From an uncultured Planctomycetota bacterium (lineage in GTDB: Bacteria; Planctomycetota; Planctomycetia; Gemmatales; Gemmataceae), in assembly GCA_963849325.1 (NCBI GenBank), contig CAWKHF010000006.1, forward strand, positions 480,001-544,000: a stretch of 64,000 bases of DNA. Direction: 5' to 3'. Below the pieces are notes generated by a model that saw only the letters and a list, made by a program, of their open reading frames with translations, was not told the origin of the DNA and ran no database searches. A program made the translations under genes and the position numbers. Positions 1-11,187 of this stretch are shown here, piece after piece (the first letter of the stretch is position 1; each line of letters begins with the position of its first letter).

Positions 1-79
1 CATCGAACCTCTGGAGAACGCCCAGCCATCGCACCTGGTCTTCATTCTCGTGGGCCGAAAAAAAAGTTCTGAGTTCTGA
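1..79 (+). CDS. 3' end of an upstream CDS (partial), possibly methyltransferase-like
   Basis: Frame 2 reads IEPLENAQPSHLVFILVGRKKSSEF*; stop TGA 77-79 lies inside the heptamer repeat. Confidence 0.45.
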   Translation, partial: IEPLENAQPSHLVFILVGRKKSSEF

Positions 80-170
80 GTTCTGAGTTCTGAGTGAAAA
101 CAAATTCCGAACTTCTTTCCTCAGAACTCAGAACTCAGAACTCAGAACTCAGAACTCAGAACTCAGAACT
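65..170. repeat. Palindromic tandem heptamer element (AGTTCTG)x4 - spacer - (TCAGAAC)x7
   Basis: Read directly; the two arms are reverse complements. Confidence 0.95.
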
Positions 171-175
171 GACGA

Positions 176-1369
176 ATGCGTCCCCTGCACATTTGCTTTG
201 TGTCGCAAGAGTATCCACCGGAGACGGGCTGGGGCGGCATCGGCGCCTACACCTATGAGATGGCCCACGGCTTGGCGCAGGCGGGCCAGCGCGTGACCGT
301 CATTGCCCTGGCGCGAAACGGCGAGAGCGTGACTCGCGGCGGCGGGGTCGAAGTCCATCGCGTTCCGCACGGACCCCAATGGGATCGCCGCCGTGTCCTG
401 TGGCGGCTCAACCGCTTCTGGCCGGGGTTCGCCTGGGCCGCCGCTCGCCGCCTCCGCGAAATCCATGCCGGCGACGCCGTGGACGTCGTCGAGGCGGCCG
501 AATGTCGGGCGGACAGTCTCTTTCTTCCCCTGCTTCGCCGCGGCCCGCGCGTGATCGTCCGTCTGCATACAGCCTGGATTTTCGTGGACCGAATGAACGG
601 TATTGTCCCGGATCGGCGGAAACGTCTCATCTACCTTCAAGAAGCGCTGTCCATCCGCGCCGCCGACCGCGTGACCGCTCCCAGCCGCGCCGTCATCGAT
701 CTCACCAAAACGTGGACCCACATCGGACGAACCGAGATCGGCGTCGTGCCCAACCCGGTCAACAGCGCGACGTACAGCCCTCCGCCGGCGCCTCCTCGAA
801 CCGAGGAAATTCTCGTCGTCGGCCGATTGGAGGTGAACAAGGGCAGTGCCGTCCTCGAACAGGCGATGCCGTTGATCCTGCGGCGCCGACCGTCCGCATC
901 GTTCCGAATCGTTGGCAAGGACGGTACGGCCCCCTGCGGCCGATCGTGGCGACAGCGCATCCTGGACGCGCTGACGCCGGCCGAGCGGCCGCGCGTCCTT
1001 TTCGAGCAGACGAGCCGGGTGGAACTGATCGAGCGCTATCGGCAAGCCCCGCTCTGCCTTCTGCCGTCGCTGTGGGAGAATTTTCCTTACGCCGTGCTGG
1101 AGGCGATGGCCTGCGGCGTCCCAGTGGTGGCCTCCCGAACCGGCGGCGTACCCGAGCTGGTTGACGATGGCGTGACGGGGGTGCTTGTGCCCCCCTGCGA
1201 TCCCGCCGCCTTGACGGAAGCCGTGTGTTCGCTGCTGGAGGACGCCGCTCTCCGCCAGCGGATGAGCCGCGCCGCCCGCGAACGGGTGCAGGAGCGTTTC
1301 CGCGTCGAGTCGGTCGTACCGCGCATGCTCGCGGTGTACCGGGCCGTCCGCGAGGGGAGGCGATCGTGA
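176..1369 (+). CDS. Glycosyltransferase family 4 (GT-B)
   Basis: N-terminal YPPETGWGGIG; C-terminal PSLWENFPYAVLEAMACGVPVVAS motif. Confidence 0.93.
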   Translation: MRPLHICFVSQEYPPETGWGGIGAYTYEMAHGLAQAGQRVTVIALARNGESVTRGGGVEVHRVPHGPQWDRRRVLWRLNRFWPGFAWAAARRLREIHAGDAVDVVEAAECRADSLFLPLLRRGPRVIVRLHTAWIFVDRMNGIVPDRRKRLIYLQEALSIRAADRVTAPSRAVIDLTKTWTHIGRTEIGVVPNPVNSATYSPPPAPPRTEEILVVGRLEVNKGSAVLEQAMPLILRRRPSASFRIVGKDGTAPCGRSWRQRILDALTPAERPRVLFEQTSRVELIERYRQAPLCLLPSLWENFPYAVLEAMACGVPVVASRTGGVPELVDDGVTGVLVPPCDPAALTEAVCSLLEDAALRQRMSRAARERVQERFRVESVVPRMLAVYRAVREGRRS

Positions 1370-2312
1370 GCGCCGCGCCGCGAATCTCGGCGATCCTTTG
1401 CACGCATAACCGGGCCGACTACCTGGAGCGCGCCTTGAAGAGCCTGGCGGAGCAATCGCTGCCGCCGGAGCAGTTCGAGGTCGTCGTGGTGGACAACGCC
1501 TCCTCGGATCGAACACTGGATGTGACGAAACAGTGGATGATACGGATGTCTAATCTACGCTATGAGCGTGAAGAACGCCTTGGTCTGTCGCAGGCGCAAC
1601 ACCGGCGCCGCGGCGAGCCGGGCGCCCTACCTGGCTTACCTCGATGACGATGCTCGTGCGGATCGAGACTGGCTGAAGCAGCTGCTTCACACCTTCGAGG
1701 AGTGTACCTCGCCCCCGCCGGCTTGCATTGGCGGGCGCGTCTGGCTGGACTGGGGAACGGCCGCGCCAGGCTGGTTGCCGGCCCGCTATTACTCCCTGTA
1801 TACCTTCGTGGATCACGGCGCGGAGGATCGTCCGTTGGGAGAAGGCGAGTACCTGGTCGGAGCGAACCTCGCCTTCCGCCGCGACGCCCTGCTCCAACTC
1901 GGCGGCTTTGATACCAACCTCGGACGGAAAGGCTCGACGCTCCTCTCCGGCGAGGAATCTGCCCTCGTCGGCCGATTGCGGGAGCATGGCCTGGCGGTCT
2001 ACTATGCCGGGCAGCGCCATGGTGTGGCACGCGGTCCCGCGGACGCGGCGGCGACGACGATGGTTGTGGGCGCGGATGTTCTGGGACGGCGCCTCGCAGC
2101 CGCTCCTCGACTCCGGCACGGGGCATCCGGCGGGACACTATCTGCGACAGGGCTATCGAGATTTGCGGCGGATGGCGCGTTTCACGCTGGAGGGTGGCCT
2201 CGCTCTCGCCGGTGGAGATCGGCCGCAATGCCTGGACAATGTCTTGCGGCTGATCCAGCGGGCCGGCCGGCTCCGCACGCACCTGCTGCTCGCCGCGGGG
2301 AGGATCCGGTGA
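1366..2312 (+). CDS. Glycosyltransferase family 2 (frameshifts ~1595 and ~2010)
   Basis: GTG overlaps upstream stop; ISAILCTHNR, VVVDNAS, YLDDD (DxD), GEES pieces spread over three frames. Confidence 0.88.
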
Positions 2313-2349
2313 TCGCTCCCTTGAGAACGAGCGGACCAAAGGTGTTTGC

Positions 2350-2404
2350 CCGAGCCTGAAGCGTAAGCGAAGAGCAACCTTCTTCGCTTACGCTTCAGGC
2401 TCGG
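2350..2404. repeat. REP/REPIN-like palindrome, family B (CCGAGCCTGAAGCGTAAGCGAAGA)
   Basis: Perfect 24-bp stem; related copies at 12135 and 19381. Confidence 0.93.
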
Positions 2405-2421
2405 AGGCGCGAGAGTGTCCC

Positions 2422-5047
2422 ATGCACGTCTGCTTCAACGCACTGGATTATCCCTCCGAGGCCGGCGGCGGCGGCGTCGGCAACCAGGTACGCCTCCTGG
2501 GACAGGCGCTCGTGGAGTCTGGACACCGCGTCACGGTCCTGGACGTGGCCCAGAAGGGGATGCCGGACGCCCTGGAGGATAAGGGCGTCCGCGTCCGCCG
2601 CATCCGTTGCGGCCATTGGCACTGGTATCTAACGAAAGTGCCCACCCTCGGCCGTCTCCTGGTTGCGCCCGTGCGCGAGCTGGAGCGAAGCTGGGCGGCC
2701 TGCCGAGCTATCGCCGAGCTGCATCGGGAGTCCCCGGTTGACGTGATCGAAGGCACGGAGACGGGCATGTTCTGGCTCCCTTTTTGGATGCCGCGACTCT
2801 CTTATGTCGTCCGTCTGCACGGTGAACCGTACACCTTCCGCAAGTATACTCCCGGCGCGCGGTTGTCCCTCGGTCTGCGCCTGTGCCGTCTGCTGCAGCG
2901 CGTACCCCTCCGCCGCGCTCGGCTCCTCATCTCTCCCAGCCGCGCCCATGCCGCCGAAATCGCCCGAGAACTGGGGTCAATCCACCCTCCCTTTGAGGTC
3001 GTTCCCAATGTGCTCGCACCGTGTCTGATCGAGGCCGGGCGAACCGAACGTGTCCCGTCCTCGGCGCCGGCCATCAAGGGGCGGATCGTGCTGTATGCCG
3101 GACGCCTGGAGCACGGCAAGGGCATTCTCCCTCTGCTCGAAGCGGCGACGGAAGTGCTGCGAACGGTGCCGGACGCTCATTTCGTCCTCGCGGGGACGCG
3201 GCATCCGGAACTCCCGGCCGAAGAGCTGGAGTCGGCGCGGAAGCGTGTGTCCTGTGCGGAGCGGATTCATTTCCTCGGCCACGTACCCTGGCAGGAGTTG
3301 CTCGGCTGGTATCGCCGCGCCGCCGTCTGCACGCTGCCGTCTTTCTACGAGACGTTCGGCCTGGCCGCGCTGGAGCCGATGGCCCTCGGCGTGCCTGTCG
3401 TCGCCACGCGAGCGGCGGGATTGCCCGAGATAGTCGAGGATGGCGTGTCCGGCCTTCTCGTTCCGCCCGGCGACTCCGCCGCCCTGGCCCGAGCGATCAC
3501 CCGCCTGTTGATCGATCCCGAGATGGGCCGGCGCATGGGAGAAGAAGGGCGGAAACGCGCGTTCGAGCGTTTCTCGATGGCACGCCATGTCAACACGAAC
3601 CTGGAGTTGTGGCAGTGGGTCGCCGAGACGGGCGGGCCGTCCGTCGCGCCGCGGGAGCACCTTTTCTTCTCGCCGCACCTGGACGACGCCGTGCTGTCTT
3701 GCGGCGGGCTGATTCACGCGGCCGTCGCTCGCGGTGAGAGGGTGCGAGCCATCACCGTCTTCGCGGGCATCGCCAAACGGCCGCCGCTGTCGGCCTTCGC
3801 TCGCCACCTGCACCACAAATGGCGGTTGTCGGACTCGTCCGCGGCGCGGCTGGAGGAAGACCGCAATTCCTTCCGTCTCCTGGGCGTTGCCGACGTCGAG
3901 CACTGGGAGCTGTTGGAGGCGCCGTATCGGAACAACGCGGCGGGCCAGCCTCTTTACTGCAGCTACGAAGACCTGAAGGAGCGTCCGGTCGCGGCCGACC
4001 TGCCGCTGATCGATGACCTGGTAGCGCGGGTCCGCCAGAGTGCGCCGGTCGGTCCCGCCATCCGCCGGTTGTACTTCCCCCTGGCCCTCGGGGGGCACGT
4101 GGACCACCGATTGTTATTCCAGGTCGGGCTGCGTCTGCGTGCGGACGGCTGGGACGTCCGTTTCTACGAGGATTGGCCCTACGCGGAGTCCTACCAGCTC
4201 TCCCGCGCGGAGGGTTGGTTGAGCGAAACGATAGACGTTCTGCCTCGCGGCCAAGCATGATGCCGTGATGGCGTATCGCTCGCAGTTGGCCGGCCTGGGC
4301 GGCTCCGCCGTCGTCCTGCGCGATCGCCAGACGAAGTACGCTCGACACGTTGGCAATGGGCGTCCGTGCGAGCGCTACTGGTTTGCTACCTCCGCCCGCG
4401 CCGGCCGCACGATCGAGAACGCGGAAGGCACTCCGCCGGGTCCGTTCATGCCGAGGACGAAGCAAACCGCTGGCAGTACCGTTCGGCGAATCCTCTCCCT
4501 CGTCCGCGGCATCGAACTGATTCACCTGTTGCCTCCAGGGGTGGGCGATTGCCTGGACCTCAGCAGGACAGAGGACGTCCAGGCGGCGATCAATGCCCGA
4601 GGCTACCGTTGTGTTAGTACGGCAGGCACGCCGGGCCGACTGGCGGCAGTGGTGTCCTGGGAGCCGATGGGGCGATCGGTCGCCGAACAACTCATCCGGG
4701 AAGCGTTCGTCCTGCTGGAACCGGGCGGCGTCCTTGTTGGCCGACTCTCTCGGCAGGAGACAGAAGGAACGAGTTGGCCGGCGGATTACCCGGAAGAATT
4801 TCTCCGACGGCAGGGTTTTCGGGACGTACAGATGCGGCCGGGGCGGCGTGGGCCGTTTCCAAACCCTCCGCTCGCCCGGTTGAAACAACTGTTAAAAGGG
4901 ATCGGTCTCGTCGTCCGTATCGGCGCGCGTTTCGTCGGTCGGTGGCGGCGTCGGCCGTCTCCGCCGAACGAGGACGTCGTACTGGCGTTGGCCGATCACA
5001 TGATCTTCGTGGCTCGCAAGGCCGCGGTGAGATTGCCATGCACGTAG
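2422..5047 (+). CDS. GT4 glycosyltransferase fused to a PIG-L/LmbE-type deacetylase, probably with a C-terminal methyltransferase-like domain (frameshift ~4255)
   Basis: PSFYETFGLAALE GT4 motif; FFSPHLDDAVLSCGG and GGHVDH deacetylase motifs; AYRSQL continues in the next frame; LLEPGGVLV Rossmann-like segment. Confidence 0.85.
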
Positions 5048-6239
5048 GTTTTCTGACGGCGGAATCTCCCTACGACCTCAGCGGAGGCGGCGGCATTGCC
5101 GCCTACCTGCGAGCGGTGATTCCGGCCCTCGTACATGCCGGACATCGGGTCAGCGTCCTCGCCCATTCGCGTCAGGCTGCCGGCGAAACGCATCCTTGCG
5201 AGGGCGTGCGCGTCCTCCATTTCGGCCTCCCCAACCTGCACTGGTACTGTTCCCGTCTCCCCGTCCTCGGTCGTCTGCTGACCCTGCCGCTGCGCCAGCT
5301 CGAATGGTCCCGCAAGTTCTCCGCTGTCGTCGCCGAACTGATGGCGAATGACCCGGTGGACGTACTGGAGAGCCTGGAGTTGGGCGCCCTGTTTCTGGCC
5401 CATAGGTCGCGGCCGCCGTTGATCATCCGATTGCATGGCAGCGACTACACCTTCCGCAAGTACAGCGGAGAAGCGATGCCGGCGGGGTCGCGCTGGAACC
5501 ATCGTCTGGAGCAAACCATCTGGCGTCACGCCCGCGCCATTACCTCGCCGAGCCGGTTCCAGGCGCGCGAAGTGACCGAACAAATGGGCTGGCCGCCGGA
5601 ACGAGTTGACGTCATCCCCAATCCGATCGCCCCGGAAGTGCTCGCGGAAGGTCTGCGCGAGGGAGCCGACCCGCCGACGCACTCCGCCGACCCGATCGTG
5701 CTGTACACGGGCCGGTTGGCCATCGTGAAAGGCGTGGCATCGTTGCTGGCGGCGGTCCCCCTGGTGCATCGCGAATGCCCGCGAGCGCGGTTCGTGTTGG
5801 CGGGGCCGTGGCAGATGCCGGACAGGCCGGAGAAATGGGGGTTGGAGCGCAGCGACGACCTCGGCGCGCAAGCCGTGGCCTGGCTGGGGCACGTTCCCTG
5901 GCCGAAGCTGATGGACTGGTATCGCCGCGCGGCGCTGCTGGTGATGCCGTCCTTTTATGAGACGTTCGGCATCTCTTGTTTGGAGGCGATGGCTTTCGGC
6001 CTGCCGGTGGTGGCGACACGGGCCGGCGGCTTGCCGGAAGTCGTCGAGGACGGCGTGACCGGATTGCTCGTCCCGCCCGGCGATCCGCGGCCCTGGCCGA
6101 CGCCCTCTGTCGTCTGCTCGCGGACCCGGCCCGGCGCCGCCGCATGGGCCGAGCCGGACGAGAGCGCGTCGTGGCGGAATTCACGGCCGATCGCGTGGCC
6201 CGAGAGACGGTGTCCCTTTATGAACGAGTACGAAGCTGA
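5038..6239 (+). CDS. Glycosyltransferase family 4 (frameshift ~6090)
   Basis: MHVGFLTAESPY...GGGIAAY; PSFYETFGISCLEAMAFGLPVVAT; paralogous to the 2422 GT domain. Confidence 0.9.
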
Positions 6240-7495
6240 CCGGCGGAGCGAAGACGCGGCAGCGGTCGGGAGACCCCTGAAGATCCTCCTGTTTCCGTCT
6301 TCCTACGCGCCCGTCCTGGGCGGGTTGCAGACGGTGGCGCAGGCCCTGGCCCGAAACCTGTCCGCACGGGGGCACTCGGTACGTGTGGTGACCAAGCGTT
6401 ATCCGCGGCAACTGCCGGAGCGCGAGATGGTCGAGGGCGTCTCCGTCGAGCGCTGGCCGCTGCTGCGGCCAAGCTGGCGGCAGCTTCGCCAGGCCCGGCC
6501 CGACCTGTTCCTGGCCTCACTTTATTACGCCCCGTCCGTCCGCAACCGCATGGAGCGCTTGCTGCGGTCGTTCCAGCCCGACGTGGTGAACGTCCATTTC
6601 CCCGACGCCCAAATCCCCTTTGTGCTCGATTTACGCCGCCGCTTTGATTTCCGCCTGGTAGTATCGCTCCACGGCCACGACGTACAGCGGTTCGCGGAGG
6701 ACGAGGAGCAGGCGCCCACCACGCGGGCCTTGCGGTCCCTCCTCCGCGAAGCCGACGCCGTCACCGCCTGCTCGCGCCATCTGCTCGACCGCGCCTGTCG
6801 TCTGGAGCCGAAGGTCCAGGCCAAGGGAACGGTGATTTACAACGGCATCGATCCCGCGCTTCCAGGATCCTGTGCCGTACCGCCATCCTCGTCCCTACAT
6901 CCTGGCCCTGGGTCGGCTGACGCGGAAAAAAGGATTCGATCTGCTCCTGGAGGCGTTGGCCCGCATCGATCCGGCGACGCATGGCGTGGATCTCGTTCTG
7001 GCCGGAACGGGCGAGGAACAGCACGCTCTGGAGGCACAGGCGCGGGAGTTGGGTTTGCGGGAGCGGGTCCATTTTTACGGGCGGGCCAGCCCGGACGAGG
7101 TCGTTTGCCTGCTCAATGGCTGTCGGTTGCTGGCGGTCCCCTCGCGGGTGGAGCCGTTCGGAATCGTCGCCCTGGAAGGGTTGGCGGCGGGCAAGCGCGT
7201 GCTGGCCACCTGCGTCGGAGGAATGGGAGAATTCCTGACGCAAATATCTTCTTCTCGATGGTCCTCGCGCGACGAAAACGAAGGCCAAGCTACCAATCCG
7301 GTGGACGCCGTGGTCGCCCTGGTGGGGCCGACGGCGGAGGAACTCGCCGAGGGGCTGCGGAAGCAACTCTCCTCCTCGGCCGAAGCCGAGATGGCGGCGC
7401 GGATGAGCCGCCGCGTTCGACAGGAGTATTCCTGGGAGCGAGTGAGCCGGCGGTACGAGGGCGTGCTCACCGGCACACCATTTATCCGAGCTTGA
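6220..7495 (+). CDS. Glycosyltransferase family 4 (frameshift ~6860)
   Basis: YAPVLGGLQ; GRLTRKKGFD; PSRVEPFGIVALE. Confidence 0.9.
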
Positions 7496-7586
7496 AACTT
7501 TTCGTCGATCCGCGCTTCTAAAACATCTGCTTCGACAGCCGAATCCGAGCCGGTGCGATACGGAACCGACAGAAGGGCCGAGGCGG

Positions 7587-8983
7587 ATGGCCGAGAACAC
7601 TCACCTGTTCAAGCTGCTTCTCTACGTCCTTCTCGGCTGTGCCGGCCTTTGCGCCTTCGTGCTCAGCCGAGACCGGCTGCGGAACGGCTTCTTTCTGTTC
7701 ATCTGCACGCTGGGTCTGGGTTATCGCACATTCGCGCTGACGCCGAAGCTGCGCATCATCCCCGCCGAACTGGTGCTCTGCGCTCTGGTCGTGCTGGCGC
7801 TCGGCCGATCGTCCACCCCGGCCGGCGGCCCCAGGACGATCCGTCCGCCGTGGTGGGTGCTCGTTCTGCTCCCCTTCTGGGGCCTGGCCTGGTTGACCGG
7901 ATCGGAGACCGGCTTTCCCTGGGACGCTCGTCTCGCCGAGTTCTGCAACTTCATCGTGCTCGTCCCGTTAGGTTTCGTTACGCCTGTCATCCTTTGCGCC
8001 GGGGAGAATGGCGGCCGGTGGTCCTGGCTTTACTGGGCGTAAGCACCTGGCTGGCCGGCATGGGCCTTCTCGAACACTACGTCCCCAGCGTCGCGCACGT
8101 CATCCCCGGTTTCATGGGCGATCCCAATCCCATCATCGCGGACGGCTTCAAGCGGGCGCGTTTTTCGTTCTACGGCCACCCCATCGCCGTCTTCATTTGC
8201 GCCATGGCCCTGCCCCTGTCCCTGGCGGCCTGGCGCTGGTGGCCCTCGCCGCAAAAACGATCGCTGATACTTGCCGGTGCCGCCGTGCAGCTGGCGGCCA
8301 TTTACATCAGCGGCTACCGCAGCATTTGGCTGCTCCTCGCCTTGCAGTTCGCCGTACTGGTGATCGTGCGCAAAAAGTATTGGCTGGGGATTGTCGCGCT
8401 GGTTCTGGCGCTGGCGTCCTATCAGGTGCTCCCGGAAGTCACGCGCCATCGAATCCAATCGCTCGTCCGCGTCCTGGAGGGTCGTCCGGAAGAGACGGAT
8501 ACGAGCGGCCAACATCGCTGGCACCGGGCTATGGAGGCGTTCCATTGGGCCTTGGACGATCCCGCCGGGCACGGCTGGGCCGCTTCCGGCTGGGTCCACA
8601 GCGATTTCATTCAGGTCGCCGCCAATCAGGGTCTCGTTCCGGCCATTCTTTTTCTCGGTGCCTACCTGATCGCCCTGGGGCGGCTCGGCAAGTGGAGTCG
8701 TTCGCCGGACCTGACGCCGGAGCTGGAAACGCTGCAGCTTCCTCTCTTGCTCTCCTTCGTCGCCGTGGGAGGAATTCTCCTGTATGAAGGGGTCCAGTTC
8801 CTCCCCCAGACCATTCTGCCGGTATGGCTGATGTGGTCGCTGGTGGAGGTTTGGTTGGCCCAGGCGTCCCGGACGCCGAGGACGAAACCACGCGCCGGCC
8901 GGCGTTTCTCTCGAATCTCCCGGACGCCTGCCCTCATCCAAAGAGTCAGATCGAAAGCATCCCTGGTGGGGCTTCGCCGATGA
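7587..8983 (+). CDS. O-antigen ligase/Wzy polymerase-like membrane protein (frameshift ~8020)
   Basis: Many hydrophobic helices; ISGYRS, SGQHRW, GHGW and VHSDFIQVAANQG resemble Wzy_C motifs. Confidence 0.8.
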
Positions 8984-9756
8984 CCCGGCCTCCGCTATCC
9001 GTTCTGCTGCCGACGGGCAATTGTGCGCGGACTGTCCGGGCCACGCTCGAATCCGTGAAGTGGGCCGACGAAATTCTCGTGGTGGATTCCTACAGCACCG
9101 ACGACACGCTCTCGATCTGCCGCGAGTACGGAGTGCGCGTCCTCCAGCACGAGTACGTCAACTCGGCGACGCAGAAGAACTGGGCCATCCCGCAGTGCCG
9201 GCACGAGTGGGTGCTGCAAATCGATTCCGATGAGGTGCTGTCCGCCGAGCTGCGTCAGGAAATCGAGCGGGCGGTCGCCCAGTCGCCGTCCGAGGTCCAC
9301 GCCTTCCGCATGCCGCGCCGCAACCACATGCTTGGGCGTTGGGTGCGCCACGGCGGCGTTTATCCGGATTACCAGATTCGCCTACTGCGGCGCGACCAGG
9401 CCCGCTGGCGCGAGCGCGAAGTTCACGCTCACATCCTGGTCGCCGGCCGGATCGAAACGCTCCGCCACGACCTGCTGCACTACGACATTCCCCACATCGC
9501 CAAGCCGCTGGGCAACCTCGACCGCTATACCCGTTACGAGGCCGACGAGCTGAAGAAGCAGGGCACGCGCTTCCGCTGGCATCACGTGCTGATCCGCCCG
9601 GCGGGGGCGTTCCTGTATCGCTATCTCTGGCTGCAAGGGTTCCGCGACGGCTGGCGCGGGTTGGTGATTTGTGCCTACTGGTCCATGTACGTGTTCCTGA
9701 CGCGGGCCAAGTTGTGGGAGATGGAGGAGCTTGGGTTGGAGAAGAGTCCTCGGTAG
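8980..9756 (+). CDS. Glycosyltransferase family 2 (KdtX/WaaE-like)
   Basis: SVKWADEILVVDSYSTDDT, QKNWA, IDSDE, YPDYQIRL, VHAH. Confidence 0.92.
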   Translation: MTRPPLSVLLPTGNCARTVRATLESVKWADEILVVDSYSTDDTLSICREYGVRVLQHEYVNSATQKNWAIPQCRHEWVLQIDSDEVLSAELRQEIERAVAQSPSEVHAFRMPRRNHMLGRWVRHGGVYPDYQIRLLRRDQARWREREVHAHILVAGRIETLRHDLLHYDIPHIAKPLGNLDRYTRYEADELKKQGTRFRWHHVLIRPAGAFLYRYLWLQGFRDGWRGLVICAYWSMYVFLTRAKLWEMEELGLEKSPR

Positions 9757-9766
9757 AGAGACCCTT

Positions 9767-9854
9767 AGTTCTGAGTTCTGAGTTCTGAGTTCTGAGTGAA
9801 GAACCATCCGCTTCTTTCTCTTCACTCAGAACTCAGAACTCAGAACTCAGAACT
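9767..9854. repeat. Palindromic tandem heptamer element (AGTTCTG)x4 ... (CAGAACT)x4
   Basis: Perfect 36-bp stem with a 16-nt loop; same unit as 65-170. Confidence 0.95.
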
Positions 9855-9876
9855 TTGTCGTGGGGATGGAGGAAGA

Positions 9877-11187
9877 ATGACAGCGAGCCTCGTCCGGGGC
9901 CGTGAATGTGAACCGCCGGCCGTGGACGGCCGTCGCCGGCTCGTCGTCTTTGTCACCGGCGGCGCGGCCATGGCCGGGGTCGAGTTCAACGCCATCCGTC
10001 TGGCCGAGCGGCTGGACCGCGCGCGGTGGCGGGTGGTCCTGGTCTGTCCGCAAGACGGCGACTTGCCGAACGCCTTTCGCAAGGCCGGACTCGATGTCCG
10101 CCTGCTGTCGCGCCCGCGCCTCTTTTCGACCAGCATTCCGCTGGGCCGAAAAAGACGTGTGCCGAACCCCTTCGCTTGCATCTGGGACGTGGCCGCCTTT
10201 CTGAGAGCGGCGCGCGGCCTGTCGGCCCTGCTCGCCGAGATGAAGCCGGATCTCGTGGTCACCAAGGGGCTGTTTCCGCATTTCTACGGCGGCCTGGCCG
10301 CGCGTCGCGTCGGCGTGCCCTGCCTGTGGCACGCGGAGGACTTTATCTCCGAACGCTGGGGCGGCGTTTTTCGCCGCTGTTTCGGCCTGGCGTCGCGCTG
10401 GCTGCCCACCGAGATCGCCGTCATCGGCGAGCCGATCGCCGAGCAGCTCCCCATCGCCGTCCGCAAACGAGTACGGGTCATTCATAATGGGGCCGACACG
10501 CGGACGTTCCGGCCGGGCTTCGATGGCTTGCCCATTCGCCGCGAACTGGGCATCCCGGCCGACGCCCTGGTCGTCGGACACGTCGCCCGACTGACGCCGT
10601 GGAAGGGACAGCACCATCTGATGGAAGCGTTCGCCCGGCTCGCCGGCCGTGTGCCGCGCGCCGATCTTCTGCTGGCCGGGGCGCCGGTTTTCGACAGCGA
10701 TGCCTACGCGCGGGGGTTGCAGGCGCGTGCCGTCGCCCTGGGGCTGACGGAGCGCATTCATTTCGCGGGCTATCGCCGCGACATCCTCTCGGTCCTGGCG
10801 GCGATGGACGTCCTGGCCTATCCCTCGGTCGAGAAGGACAACTGCCCCCTTTCGCTGCTGGAAGGCATGGCGGCCGGGCTGCCCGTGACAGCTTTCGACA
10901 TCCCCGGCGTCCGCCTGGTCCTGGCGGGGCCGGACGACGGCTTGCTCGTTCCCGTCGAGCGCAGCGACCTCCTCGCCGAAGCGCTGCACGCGCTTCTGAC
11001 GGACGAGGAACTGCGCCAGCGCCTGGCCATCGGCGCCCGCCGCCGCGTCGAGACGGCTTTCAGCCTGGACCTCCATGCTCGCCGCTTTGAAGAAGCGTTC
11101 CTCGATCTAATCGAGCGTCCCGAGACGCCGAAAGACCTGGCCCATGAGAGAAGCCGTGAGCAAGCGCATCCTCTTCGTTCACAATGA
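9877..11187 (+). CDS. Glycosyltransferase family 4
   Basis: ARLTPWKGQHH; PSVEKDNCPLSLLEGMAAGLPV. Confidence 0.92.
   Translation: MTASLVRGRECEPPAVDGRRRLVVFVTGGAAMAGVEFNAIRLAERLDRARWRVVLVCPQDGDLPNAFRKAGLDVRLLSRPRLFSTSIPLGRKRRVPNPFACIWDVAAFLRAARGLSALLAEMKPDLVVTKGLFPHFYGGLAARRVGVPCLWHAEDFISERWGGVFRRCFGLASRWLPTEIAVIGEPIAEQLPIAVRKRVRVIHNGADTRTFRPGFDGLPIRRELGIPADALVVGHVARLTPWKGQHHLMEAFARLAGRVPRADLLLAGAPVFDSDAYARGLQARAVALGLTERIHFAGYRRDILSVLAAMDVLAYPSVEKDNCPLSLLEGMAAGLPVTAFDIPGVRLVLAGPDDGLLVPVERSDLLAEALHALLTDEELRQRLAIGARRRVETAFSLDLHARRFEEAFLDLIERPETPKDLAHERSREQAHPLRSQ

Noticed and set aside
65-170. Short repeats as a CRISPR array
   Set aside because: Units are contiguous 7-mers without unique spacers, and there are no cas genes
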